From positions 96,001 through 160,000 of the forward strand of contig CAWEWF010000006.1 in the NCBI GenBank assembly GCA_963812605.1: 64,000 nucleotides of DNA. The letters run 5' to 3'. Origin of the DNA: an uncultured Verrucomicrobiae bacterium. GTDB taxonomy: Bacteria; Verrucomicrobiota; Verrucomicrobiia; Palsa-1439. Positions 8,868 through 18,433 of the stretch are shown here, in pieces (positions within the stretch are counted from its first letter, which is position 1; every line of letters begins with the position of its first letter). The position numbers and the translations under genes were made by a program. The notes beneath the pieces were generated by a model, which searched no databases, was not told the DNA's origin, and was given only the letters and a program-made list of their open reading frames with translations.

Positions 8868-10157
8868 CTAAAAGGATGTTACCGCAAGGCCTACCGCGGC
8901 TGCGGCCATGACGCCTACTGCTGACCAACCCAAAAGATTCGTCCATGGCCCGTTGGTTTTATCACCCATGATTTTTGGATTATTTGAGATCAGCAAGATC
9001 AGGACGAGCAGCGGCGGAGCGAGAAATCCATTGATGACGGCCGTCCAAAAAAGGGCTTTCATCGGATTGATGCCCAGGAAATTTATAGAGACACCGAGTA
9101 AAGTGCAAACTAGCATCACCGTGTAGAATCGTTTTGCGGCGCCGAGCTTCGCATCAAGGCGGCCGCGCCATCCGAACATAGCGCAAACAGCGTAGGCTAC
9201 CGACCCCGTCAAAATAGGTACTGCCAGACAACCGGCTCCGATCAGACCGACTGCCAACAGAATGTACGCACCCTCGCCCGCCAATGGGCGCAATGCTTGC
9301 GCCGCATCGGTGGCTGATTGAATATCCGTCTTCCCGACTTTGAAAAGTGTGGCGCCGGAGGAAAGAATGATGAAATACATCACGACATTGGAAAAGAGCA
9401 TTCCGGTAATCGTGTCCCAACCAGCTGCCCGTAACTCTCCTTTTGTACTCCCCTTGCGCGCTGCCACTGTCGTTCGTCCTCGTTTAATGTCCTCTTCTAC
9501 TTCCTGATTGCTTTGCCAGAAGAAGAGGTAGGGCGAAATAGTGGTTCCCAAAATGGCAACAAGCGCCGACAGAAATTTCCCGTCGAGACTCAGGCGAGGC
9601 ACAAGAGTCCCGCGTATGACTTCCAGGAAATCAGGTTTGGCAAAGAGAGCAGCCCCAATGTAGGCGAATAGCGCAAGGCTCAACCACTTAAAGACTTGAG
9701 CGATTAAGCGATAAGAACCCCATACTTGAAGTGCCAGTAGAAGTAAGCCTACTGGCAACACCAGAACGCGGATCGGAATCGGTGCCAAAAGATTGATCGC
9801 CGCCGCTATCGCGCCGATGTCAGTTCCCGCGTTGATTGTATTCGCCACGGCTAGCGCGATGATGACCACAAATAGGAGCGAACGCGGATAGTGTTGTTTT
9901 AGTACGCCGGTCAATCCCCGACCAGTGACCATGCCGATTTTACCGCAAATATACTGTACAGCGGTCATTAGGGGAAAAGTGGCTAATGCGGTCCATAGAG
10001 TAGCGTACCCTAGAGAGGCACCCACTTGGGCGTAGGTTGCGATCCCCGAAGGATCATCATCGGACGCTCCAGTCACGAAGCCAGGGCCAAGTGTCTGCAA
10101 AAAGCGAACGAAGGGATTCTTTTTTTCTGCTCGCTCCTGATGCGGTTGTTTCGCCAT
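8868..10157 (-). CDS. NRAMP-family divalent metal transporter
   Basis: GPGFVTGASDDDPSGIATY, GTTISPYLFFWQ, many TM segments. Confidence 0.9.
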   Translation of the reverse strand: MAKQPHQERAEKKNPFVRFLQTLGPGFVTGASDDDPSGIATYAQVGASLGYATLWTALATFPLMTAVQYICGKIGMVTGRGLTGVLKQHYPRSLLFVVIIALAVANTINAGTDIGAIAAAINLLAPIPIRVLVLPVGLLLLALQVWGSYRLIAQVFKWLSLALFAYIGAALFAKPDFLEVIRGTLVPRLSLDGKFLSALVAILGTTISPYLFFWQSNQEVEEDIKRGRTTVAARKGSTKGELRAAGWDTITGMLFSNVVMYFIILSSGATLFKVGKTDIQSATDAAQALRPLAGEGAYILLAVGLIGAGCLAVPILTGSVAYAVCAMFGWRGRLDAKLGAAKRFYTVMLVCTLLGVSINFLGINPMKALFWTAVINGFLAPPLLVLILLISNNPKIMGDKTNGPWTNLLGWSAVGVMAAAAVGLAVTSF

Positions 10158-10169
10158 AGCCGAGTTTGA

Positions 10170-11096
10170 CTATGCCGCTGTTGTTTCGCCGCCAAGCAGT
10201 GTCAAAACCTCGCCAGTGATGTAGCCGGAGTCCGCCTCGGAGGCAAAGAACACGTAGGCAGGAGCGATTTCTTCCGGCTGCGCTGGGCGACCCAGTGGAG
10301 TATCGGCTCCAAATAGTCGGATCTCCTTTTCGTTTTTTCGTTCGGCAGGGTTAAGCGGCGTCCACACAGGACCCGGTGCGACGCAATTCACTCGAATGCC
10401 GCGTTTAATCAACATTTTCGCCAGGGTCTTCGTGAATGCGTGAATTGCGCCCTTGGTAGAGGAGTAATCAAGGAGGCCCTCGCTGCCTTCCAAGCCAGTG
10501 ATGGAGCCGGTATCGATGATCACCGAACCTTTTTTCAGGTAAGGCAACACCGCTTGGACTATATGGAAATAGCCGTAGATATTTGTGCGGAAAGTCTTGT
10601 CCCACTGTCGCTCAGTGAGCTTTTCGATTTCGTCGCAGTGACATTGAAATGCGGCGTTGTTAACGACGATGTCGAGTTTGCCTAATTGTTCGAGCACCTT
10701 TTTGACGGCGTGCTTGCAGAAACTGGCGGAACGCACGTCCCCGCTAATATCTATCGCGCTACGACCGATGCTACGAACGGTTTCGACAGTAAGGGCCGCA
10801 TCCTTTCGTTCCTGAGGTAAATGCAAAATCGCCACGTCCGCGCCTTCCCGGGCCAAAAGTACTGCTACAGAACGCCCGATGCCGCTATCACCGCCGGTAA
10901 TTAGGGCGACTTTGTCATTCAGTTTGCCGGCCGCGTGATAATGTGACGCGAGAAATTGTGGCGGCGGATTGAGGCGGTACTCCTGTCCAGGAGGGCGCTG
11001 ATTTCGTTGTGATGGAAACGGAGGTTTTGGTTTGACGCTTGTAGAGCTTTTAGCCTTCATACTGGACAAAATATATGCCCACCTCCTGTGAAACAA
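10170..11096 (-). CDS. SDR oxidoreductase (general-stress YghA/YhxC type)
   Basis: ITGGDSGIG, NNA, YSSTK, GPVWTP. Confidence 0.92.
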   Translation of the reverse strand: MFHRRWAYILSSMKAKSSTSVKPKPPFPSQRNQRPPGQEYRLNPPPQFLASHYHAAGKLNDKVALITGGDSGIGRSVAVLLAREGADVAILHLPQERKDAALTVETVRSIGRSAIDISGDVRSASFCKHAVKKVLEQLGKLDIVVNNAAFQCHCDEIEKLTERQWDKTFRTNIYGYFHIVQAVLPYLKKGSVIIDTGSITGLEGSEGLLDYSSTKGAIHAFTKTLAKMLIKRGIRVNCVAPGPVWTPLNPAERKNEKEIRLFGADTPLGRPAQPEEIAPAYVFFASEADSGYITGEVLTLLGGETTAA

Positions 11097-11477
11097 TGGG
11101 ACAACGGCTGATTGATGACTCGGAACAAAGCAGAGCGGTCACGGTCCCGTATTCCCTTAATGAGAGGAGGGAAGATGTAAAAGCGATCTGGCTTGGGGGC
11201 CAACTGCGGGGATAGCACACCCCGAGAAACGTGCCCGAACGAAGGGGAATGATTGCGACAATGTGCACAACTCCTATCGTCGCTTCGATTCTCACAACGG
11301 CCTCCATCTCACATCGCGCGAACCTACTGGCTCGGACGGATTCGGGGATCGCCGCCCTCTGCGTCGTGAGCGAAGCAACCTTACGGGTTGCACAAAGACA
11401 AATGGGGAGTATCATCGCAACGTCGAATCGCATAATCAAAGACGTTTTACGGCGCTTCTCGCGAATGGAGACAAACT

Positions 11478-11675
11478 ATGCCGCTGATTAATGTCGTAGT
11501 GACCCTGATTGTGGTCGGAGTCCTGCTCTGGCTTGTTAACAATTACATCCCGATGGATGGCAAAATTAAACAAATTCTTAACGTAGTGGTGGTGATTTGC
11601 GTAGTAGTTTGGCTGCTGTATGCTTTTGGAATTATCAATCACGCCGGGGATATTAAGGTTCCGCAGGTGCATTAA
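11478..11675 (+). CDS. Small membrane protein (Thivi_2564-like)
   Basis: LIVVGVLLWLVNNYIPMDGKIKQILNVVVVI; GGAG RBS. Confidence 0.8.
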   Translation: MPLINVVVTLIVVGVLLWLVNNYIPMDGKIKQILNVVVVICVVVWLLYAFGIINHAGDIKVPQVH

Positions 11676-11727
11676 GAAAGATTTCTCCATCGCCAGCGGG
11701 AAAATCTCGTTGTTAGAATGCTGCATC

Positions 11728-11991
11728 CTAGACACGGCGGATTCCGGAATTCAGCTTTTGTGCCGGGCCGTCAAGATCTGCCGAGGTTTCGGTGGAATCT
11801 AACCGAACGACCTTCATGCACATACGGGTGATCTCGTTGACAACACGCCGTAAATCCTTCCTCGGAAAGCGCTCCGCGATGAGTACTCGGACGCTGGTCG
11901 TAATGTCCTTGGACATTAACTCCAAGGTCTCCCGCTCGCTGCGCAGGAAATCGCGAAGCACTTGGCGCGGGTTGTCACCTGTGCGCAACAC
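11728..11991 (-). CDS. Hypothetical protein, last gene of the xis-like operon
   Basis: Overlaps the upstream ORF end, same strand. Confidence 0.45.
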   Translation of the reverse strand: MLRTGDNPRQVLRDFLRSERETLELMSKDITTSVRVLIAERFPRKDLRRVVNEITRMCMKVVRLDSTETSADLDGPAQKLNSGIRRV

Positions 11992-12187
11992 ATCTAGGGG
12001 ACCATTGGACCTTGCCGTAGGCCGACGCGACGGGCAAATGATCGAGGACGGCGTATTCCCAACCGTGTTCGCCGACCCGCTTGCACAGCAGCACTTCGCT
12101 CTGGTTCAGATGCATCAACGACATGCACACTTCCCATGGACCGCGATCCCCAATCGAATCGGGTAATTCATAGAGACCAGGCAGCAT
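11975..12187 (-). CDS. Hypothetical protein (xis-like operon)
   Basis: Overlaps both neighbouring ORFs. Confidence 0.45.
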   Translation of the reverse strand: MLPGLYELPDSIGDRGPWEVCMSLMHLNQSEVLLCKRVGEHGWEYAVLDHLPVASAYGKVQWSPRCVAHR

Positions 12188-12410
12188 TTGGGATTCCAGT
12201 TGGCCGAGATTCTGTGCCGACGTTCTCGAGCTCGCGCAGCTTGTCGCCGATCATACAGAGCGCTTGGTAATCGCCTCTGATTGCCACAAACGCTTCAGAA
12301 TACGCGGCGTATTCCGTGTCGCTCATTCTTTTCAGAGAAGAGCGAGTTAATTCCTTTCGCCCCTGGCCATTTCTTTTGATCACGCGTCTCCTTTCCGTCC
12401 GCTCATTCAA
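12168..12410 (-). CDS. Hypothetical protein (xis-like operon)
   Basis: Start overlaps the 3' end of the HTH gene. Confidence 0.5.
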   Translation of the reverse strand: MNERTERRRVIKRNGQGRKELTRSSLKRMSDTEYAAYSEAFVAIRGDYQALCMIGDKLRELENVGTESRPTGIPNAAWSL

Positions 12411-12627
12411 CCTTCAAGAGCTTGAGCAGTTCCGAGCGAGGAATGAGCAGTTTGCCACGCAATACCCGGCAAGCGCGGAGCTTCCCGCGCTGTATCATCC
12501 GATAGACGCTAAAGTAGTGGACACCCAAAAGTTGCGCAGATTCCTCAACGGAGTAGGCAAGGCGTTCTGAATCCGGCCGTGCGGGTGCCTGTGACGGAGT
12601 ATTCATTGCTCCATTGTTTCCTGACAT
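12403..12627 (-). CDS. Excisionase-family helix-turn-helix protein
   Basis: LAYSVEESAQLLGVHYFSVYRMIQRGKL..GKLLIPRSEL. Confidence 0.85.
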   Translation of the reverse strand: MSGNNGAMNTPSQAPARPDSERLAYSVEESAQLLGVHYFSVYRMIQRGKLRACRVLRGKLLIPRSELLKLLKVE

Positions 12628-12660
12628 GGACACAGTTTAGAAGAAAACTCACTCTCTCCT

Positions 12661-12678
12661 TGTTCCCGTTTGGGAACA
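12661..12678 (-). promoter_or_regulatory. ICE core box copy 1, TGTTCCCAAACGGGAACA
   Basis: Identical 18-mer at 48008 and 56516; 21 nt upstream of a TAAACT -10-like hexamer. Confidence 0.75.
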
Positions 12679-12691
12679 ACTCGCATATGGG

Positions 12692-15600
12692 CTAGGTACA
12701 GCGCGGTTTCCCTGCCCGCATCACTCGCAAGGTAAAACCATTGCCATTCTCGAACGCTTCCACACGCGCTGTGATTTCCAGCACCGGATAGCGCACCGTC
12801 GCCAGCCCGTAACTGCGATAGGTGTCGGCGAACAACTCCGTTTCGACGATCCCTGTCCAGTCCGCGATAGTCATGAACTTCATCAGTTCACCTGTGACCT
12901 GTTGGTGTAGCCGATCCTCGATTATCAATCCGCAACAAGTCACGGTTTCACCGGTGTGCTCCGCCAAATTCGCCACCGCGCAGTAAGTGTCCCAAGCCAC
13001 ATCGGGATGCAATTCCAACGGATGCCCCGAAACCGGAAAATCCAGCAGTTCGGACTCCGCTCGTAATAGGTCCAGATGCGTTGGCTCGCTCAAATCCACC
13101 GGTGGACTGCGCTCGTGGCACGAGTCGTTCAGGAGCCACGCCTGTTCGCCGCAACGATTGCCACCCACGAGATGCTGAATCCCCCAGAACTGCTCGGTGC
13201 GGGATCGGCCAAAACCGTCGAACGCTCCAACCCGCGCCAGCAGCTCCAGTTCCTCACCGCTGGCGCCGACACGCTGACAGAAGTCCTCCAGCGAAACGAA
13301 CTCACCGCGCTCGCGCTGCGCGAGGATGCGCTCCTGTGTCCGTTCGGTTAGCCCTTTCACCCGCACCGCTGGTACCCGGATCTTGCCGCCGCGCACAGCA
13401 AAGCCAGGACCCGGGTCGTTGATCCAGGGGGATAGAAGTGGAATCCGCAAGCGGTGGCATTCGAGGATGTAAACCAAAGGACGGTAGAAGCCTTTGCCAT
13501 TGGTCAGCACAGCCGCCATAAACTCCGCCGGGTAGTAGTGCTTCAGCCAGGCCGCCTGGTACGCCTCGACCCCGTAGGCGGTTGAATGGGCCTTGCAGAA
13601 CGCGTAGCCACTGAAGCCACAAACCAGTTTCCAGACCTCGGCGATCTCTTCCTCGGTCCGACCCAGCCGTTTGGCGCACTCGGCAAACTCGACTCCGATT
13701 CTCTCGACTTCCATCCACTTCTCTTTGCCCAATGCGCGACGCAATACATCGGCCCGTCCCGGCGGCAGTCCCGCGAACGCCTCGCAGATCTGGAGAATGT
13801 GTTCCTCATATACGACCATTCCGTACGTGCTTTTTAGGCATTCCGATAGCGACACATGCGGATAGACGGTTGGTTCCAGCCCCTGATAGCGCCGCGTGAA
13901 GTGCTGTTTCTTATTTTCGTTGGCGGCACCTGGACGGATCACGCTGACGATGGCGATCAGCCCGTCGATCTCGCGCACGTTGCACATCCGGCACAATGAG
14001 AGCATCGCGGGACTCTCAATGTGATGCACCGCCCGTGCGCCGCCGTCTGCGATCATTTCCCATACGGCGGGATCTTCCCACGGCTCAAGACCTCCAAGGT
14101 CGACGGTAATCCCTCGCGAGACCAGCGACTGTCGGGCATCGCGCATCGCGGCGAGTCCACCCTGGGCCAGAATGTCGATCTTGACCAAGCCGATGGCTTC
14201 TACCGCATCCATATCGAAGTGTGTCGTCGGGTAGCCCTTGTTCGACTCGAAACACGGTACCAGATTGGTCATCGGCACGCTCGAAAGCACCAGCCCGCAC
14301 GGGTGCATCTTGGGGTAACGCGGGAAGCCATCGAGGAACTGTGCCATCTGCAACGCTGATTTGTACGGCTCTTCGTTGACCGGCAGATCCCGGACCTCCT
14401 GTGTTTGCGCGACCGCCTCAACGAGATCGTGGGCTGCGGCGTGCGGGATCTTCTCGGTGAACCGCCGCACCTGGTACTCCGACACACCAAGAACTTTGGC
14501 GACCTCAGCGAAGGCGCTGCGGGCTTGGAAAGTCGAGAATCCGCCGACGACCGCCGTGTGCATGGGACCGTAGCGCTCGAAGATCAGATCGACGACATCG
14601 TCCTTCCGGTCGTGGGCAAAATCGAGATCGATGTCCGGCAATTTGTTCAGCGCCATCCGATCCTTGTTAAGGAACCGGCGAAAGTAGAGATCGAAACGGA
14701 TGGGACAGACATCGCTGATCCGCAGGCAATAGCAGACAAGGGAATCCGCCGCGCTTCCGCGTGTAATCCACTCAATGCCACGGCACTGGCATTCCTGCAG
14801 GATGTCCCAGACCACGAGAAAATACTCCTCGTAACCGACCTCAGCGATGATCGCCAGCTCTTCCTCGACCTGCAGCAGTACTTCGGCTTCGCGACCTGAA
14901 TACCTTTGCCGCAGCCCATCAAGCACCAACTTCCGGAGGAACAACCGTGGACTCGTACCATCGGGCGGATTGAAGCAGGGAAAGTGCAGTCGCCCAAAAT
15001 CGAAGTCAAACGAGCAGCGATCGGCGATTTCGATAGTCCGAGCGAGCGTGTCGATGCGACCGTTGTATGCCTCCAGCACGTCGTCAGCCTTGGCGAAGTG
15101 AAAGTCGCCGCCGAGACGCTTGTCAGGATGCGCCTGTCGCAACAACGTCAGGGTCCGGACGCTCTGTACTACATCGTACTTCCAGCGGTCTGCCGGCTCG
15201 GCGTAGTGAATAGCGGGCAAGGCCACATCAGCCGCGTGGTAGAACCGTTGGGGGAAATGTCGCTTGAGTGTCTGATCGGAACCGACCGCGAGCAGGCCAG
15301 TCGTGTCTTGCTTCAGAAGGGTTTCCGGTCGAGTCAGGATCCGGCACAAGTTCCGGTAGCCCGTTGTGTTCTGGACGAAGAGCAGCAACCGCGAGCTTCC
15401 TCGACTCACTTCCGCGCCGATGATCGGTTTGATGCCGGCAGCCCTGGCGGCGGTCGCGAACTCCACAGCTCCGTGAAGATTGCCGATGTCGGTGATGGCA
15501 ACAGCGGGCAGATGACGCTGGACGGCGAGATCAACAATGGCTTGAATCGACAAGGTTGAGTTCAGAAAGGAATAGAAACTGTGGACATTCAGTGGAACAT

Positions 15601-16840
15601 AGGGGGTCGTGATGGAGTGGGTAGTGGTTCGTTTGGCCAGCTCTGAAGCGAACCTCCGCGAAGGCTTCATTCGCTCCGCCAGCAACAAGTCATGACCACG
15701 CATCACGGCCCTGCGCCCGTGACTTCCCCGAAGTTCATCAATCACTCTCGACAGGTGACGGCGCGCTTCGTGTTGTCGGGTATCGGCATCCAGCGGCAGT
15801 TCCGTGCGTACGAATCCCTCGTAAAGATTGGTGAACTTTAGCGACACGAGCCGCAGGCTAACGCGTCGTTTCCAGGCCTGTTTCAGCATCGGGCGGAACC
15901 GCGAATAAAGGTCCGTCTCAAGGTCCGTCGGTTCCGAGAGACTTTCACTGTGTTGGTCTTCGGCCATATCGTTGTACCGGACTTTGACTGTCACCGTCCG
16001 GACGCTCATGCCATCCTCTCTGACTTTGACCATCAGCCCGTCTGCCATACGTCGTAATGTCGCTTCGATGAATTCTTCGTTGGTGGTGTCCTCAGAAAAA
16101 GTCTCCTGTTGGCCGTAAGACTTGGCGGGAGCGGCTTCACGAATAACCGGGCGATCATCACGACCATTCGCGTATTCCCGGATTTGGAGAGCGCTACGCC
16201 CCAGGAGCATTGCCAGTAAATCAACGGGCGTGGCGGCAATCTGTCCAATGCGCGCCAGACCACCGGTGTTCAGGCGTTGCGCAGTCTTGGGTCCAATGCC
16301 TGGCAGCCAACGATTGGCGAGTGGATGAAGGAAATTCGTCTCCTGTCCGCGCGGAATCATCGTGAACGCAGCTGGCTTGTTTAATTTCGAGGCGATCTGG
16401 CTGATCAACTTGTTGCTGCCGATACCCTCGCTGACGGTGATCTTGAGGGACTGCTGGATGGCGGTACGGAGCGTCTGCGCAATGTCGGTGGGAGATTTCC
16501 TCGCACCCGTCAGGTCGAGGTAACCTTCATCGATGGAGCCGACCTCGACATCCGGGGTAAAATCGTGAGCGTAGGAGAACATCCAGCGGGAGAACCGTTC
16601 GTACTTCTCGTAGTCGCCCGGCAGCACGATCAATTTGGGACAAAGTCTGCGAGCCCGAACCGTCGGCATGGGCGTGAAGATGCCGAATTTCCGGGCCTCG
16701 TAAGAGGCTGAGGCGATGATGCCGCGCTTCTCGCCGCCAACCGCAATGGCCCTGCCGCGCAATCGAGGATCGGCGGCCTGCTCCACCGATGCGAAGAAGG
16801 CGTCGGCATCGAGATGGACGATGGCTCTTTGCATGGACAT
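12692..16840 (-). CDS. Fusion of a Y-family (DinB/Pol IV) polymerase and an error-prone C-family DnaE2 polymerase
   Basis: N-terminal HLDADAFFASVE, ASYEAR, SIDE; then PHP (HSFYSFL, AITD), RGSAA, PDIDLDF, KIDIL, YAFCKAHS, OB fold; one uninterrupted 1382-aa ORF. Confidence 0.9.
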   Translation of the reverse strand: MSMQRAIVHLDADAFFASVEQAADPRLRGRAIAVGGEKRGIIASASYEARKFGIFTPMPTVRARRLCPKLIVLPGDYEKYERFSRWMFSYAHDFTPDVEVGSIDEGYLDLTGARKSPTDIAQTLRTAIQQSLKITVSEGIGSNKLISQIASKLNKPAAFTMIPRGQETNFLHPLANRWLPGIGPKTAQRLNTGGLARIGQIAATPVDLLAMLLGRSALQIREYANGRDDRPVIREAAPAKSYGQQETFSEDTTNEEFIEATLRRMADGLMVKVREDGMSVRTVTVKVRYNDMAEDQHSESLSEPTDLETDLYSRFRPMLKQAWKRRVSLRLVSLKFTNLYEGFVRTELPLDADTRQHEARRHLSRVIDELRGSHGRRAVMRGHDLLLAERMKPSRRFASELAKRTTTHSITTPYVPLNVHSFYSFLNSTLSIQAIVDLAVQRHLPAVAITDIGNLHGAVEFATAARAAGIKPIIGAEVSRGSSRLLLFVQNTTGYRNLCRILTRPETLLKQDTTGLLAVGSDQTLKRHFPQRFYHAADVALPAIHYAEPADRWKYDVVQSVRTLTLLRQAHPDKRLGGDFHFAKADDVLEAYNGRIDTLARTIEIADRCSFDFDFGRLHFPCFNPPDGTSPRLFLRKLVLDGLRQRYSGREAEVLLQVEEELAIIAEVGYEEYFLVVWDILQECQCRGIEWITRGSAADSLVCYCLRISDVCPIRFDLYFRRFLNKDRMALNKLPDIDLDFAHDRKDDVVDLIFERYGPMHTAVVGGFSTFQARSAFAEVAKVLGVSEYQVRRFTEKIPHAAAHDLVEAVAQTQEVRDLPVNEEPYKSALQMAQFLDGFPRYPKMHPCGLVLSSVPMTNLVPCFESNKGYPTTHFDMDAVEAIGLVKIDILAQGGLAAMRDARQSLVSRGITVDLGGLEPWEDPAVWEMIADGGARAVHHIESPAMLSLCRMCNVREIDGLIAIVSVIRPGAANENKKQHFTRRYQGLEPTVYPHVSLSECLKSTYGMVVYEEHILQICEAFAGLPPGRADVLRRALGKEKWMEVERIGVEFAECAKRLGRTEEEIAEVWKLVCGFSGYAFCKAHSTAYGVEAYQAAWLKHYYPAEFMAAVLTNGKGFYRPLVYILECHRLRIPLLSPWINDPGPGFAVRGGKIRVPAVRVKGLTERTQERILAQRERGEFVSLEDFCQRVGASGEELELLARVGAFDGFGRSRTEQFWGIQHLVGGNRCGEQAWLLNDSCHERSPPVDLSEPTHLDLLRAESELLDFPVSGHPLELHPDVAWDTYCAVANLAEHTGETVTCCGLIIEDRLHQQVTGELMKFMTIADWTGIVETELFADTYRSYGLATVRYPVLEITARVEAFENGNGFTLRVMRAGKPRCT

Positions 16841-16946
16841 CTGCCTTCAGTCCGCCCCCTTCGTCGTCCCCGTTATCAGGATGTTGTGGGCCGGTTAAGG
16901 CACGGAGGTAGGGCCGACAACGAGGACGACGGTGAAGGTGGATTGA

Positions 16947-17564
16947 TTATTTTCGTTTGCGCATCAAGGCCACCATTACCCCTTGGATGACCAGTTCAGT
17001 CGCGGGAATCAATTTGGGGTATTTGGGGTTTTCGGCTTTCAAGTACGGCTTGCCGCGTTCCGTTAAGTAAGTCTTCAGGGTGCTTTCGTTGTCAATCAGT
17101 GCCGCAACCGTGTCCCCGGGACGGGGCTCTAAGCCATGTTCGAAGACCGCAATATCCCCGTCGACGATGTACTTACCAATCATCGAATCGCCACGCACGC
17201 GAAGGGCAAAGGTGCGGGCTGTTGGACGGATGCCCAAAGTAGCGACATCCACACTGATGCAACCCTCGGCCTCTTGCTTCTGTTCCTCGGAATAACCCGC
17301 GGGGATCGTGCCATAGAGCGGGATGTCAACGACCTGGCTCCGCAGTTTGTCCAGTGCTGACACGACCTGCCAGGAGCGGGCACGACCGGGGCGGTGCTTG
17401 AGTGCGCCTTTGCCGATTAAAGCGCGGATGTGGTTGGCCGCTCCCGTGGCACTGCGAAAACTGAAATGCCGTGCGATTTCCCGCACGCTGGGAATTTGAC
17501 CCGTCGCCTGACGCTGTAAATCAATGAAGTCTAATATTTGCTGTTGGCGTTTGGTTAATTCCAT
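16947..17564 (-). CDS. lexA: LexA repressor
   Basis: LTKRQQQILDFI..PSVREIA wHTH; IPAG cleavage site; GDSM and TLK catalytic motifs. Confidence 0.93.
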   Translation of the reverse strand: MELTKRQQQILDFIDLQRQATGQIPSVREIARHFSFRSATGAANHIRALIGKGALKHRPGRARSWQVVSALDKLRSQVVDIPLYGTIPAGYSEEQKQEAEGCISVDVATLGIRPTARTFALRVRGDSMIGKYIVDGDIAVFEHGLEPRPGDTVAALIDNESTLKTYLTERGKPYLKAENPKYPKLIPATELVIQGVMVALMRKRK

Positions 17565-17607
17565 AGTGTACATTTGTACACTACACGCGTATACTTGCCG
17601 CTGTCAA
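17564..17607 (-). promoter_or_regulatory. lexA promoter with candidate SOS box
   Basis: TTGACA-N18-TAGTGT on the minus strand; inverted repeat TAGTGTACA-TT-TGTACACTA (17564-17583) covers the -10 and abuts the ATG. Confidence 0.7.
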
Positions 17608-17647
17608 GAGTCTCGAATGGACCGGGGGTTGCGACTACAATTAACTT

Positions 17648-18433
17648 ATGCTCGGCGCAGAAACACCAGCACACGCCACGCTCAAGAAACTGGCCGTTCA
17701 GTGGGCGCAACTGCAGCGATATCCCATCTGCGGAATCGAGGTCCGCCTCCCCCATTCCAACTACCGAGCAGATGTCGTGGCGTACCGGCCCGCAACCCAG
17801 CGACTCCCCTTCCCCGCCAATGGGAAGGCGCCGCATCGGTTGGTCCGTCAGCCCGTTGTTGGCAGGACGGCAGTGTTTGAATGCAAACAGGCCCGGTCCG
17901 ATTTCCTGAAGGACTCGCATTCAATCGACGAGACAACAAACCGGTTGAAGGCGCTTGATGAACGACGGTGGACGCTGGAGCGGCTGTTGGGAATGCACCA
18001 GCCGTCGTTACGGAAAGGAGAGTCGCTGTTTGCCGAATACGACGCCATCGACATCTCCAATTTCGAACACAAAACCTATCGAAAGGTGATTCGGGAGATT
18101 TCCATTTTGCAGGCTCGCCTCTATGGCAAGACCAAGTTTGACAAGGTCGCACGGTACTGCTGCGCGAATCTTTGTTACTTGGTGGTGGAGGACGGAATCC
18201 TCAAGTGTCACGAGGTGCCGTTGTACTGGGGGTTGCTGGTTCGGCGGGGCGAAGCACTACTGCTAAAGAGAATGCCGCTGTGGCAGGATGTACCGATACC
18301 GACTCGACTGGAACTGCTGCAGCGAATAGCCCTGACCGGGACACGACGATTGAACGGGGCCTCGGACCTGTCGGAGGTGCATTCGACGGACGAACGACCA
18401 CAGTCAAGAGGTTGGGTTAGTTCTGTTCAATGA
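17648..18433 (+). CDS. PD-(D/E)XK nuclease-like protein, MmcB-like
   Basis: GIEV..RADVVAY..VFECKQARSDFLKD..CYLV..E.P..WGLL. Confidence 0.6.
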   Translation: MLGAETPAHATLKKLAVQWAQLQRYPICGIEVRLPHSNYRADVVAYRPATQRLPFPANGKAPHRLVRQPVVGRTAVFECKQARSDFLKDSHSIDETTNRLKALDERRWTLERLLGMHQPSLRKGESLFAEYDAIDISNFEHKTYRKVIREISILQARLYGKTKFDKVARYCCANLCYLVVEDGILKCHEVPLYWGLLVRRGEALLLKRMPLWQDVPIPTRLELLQRIALTGTRRLNGASDLSEVHSTDERPQSRGWVSSVQ

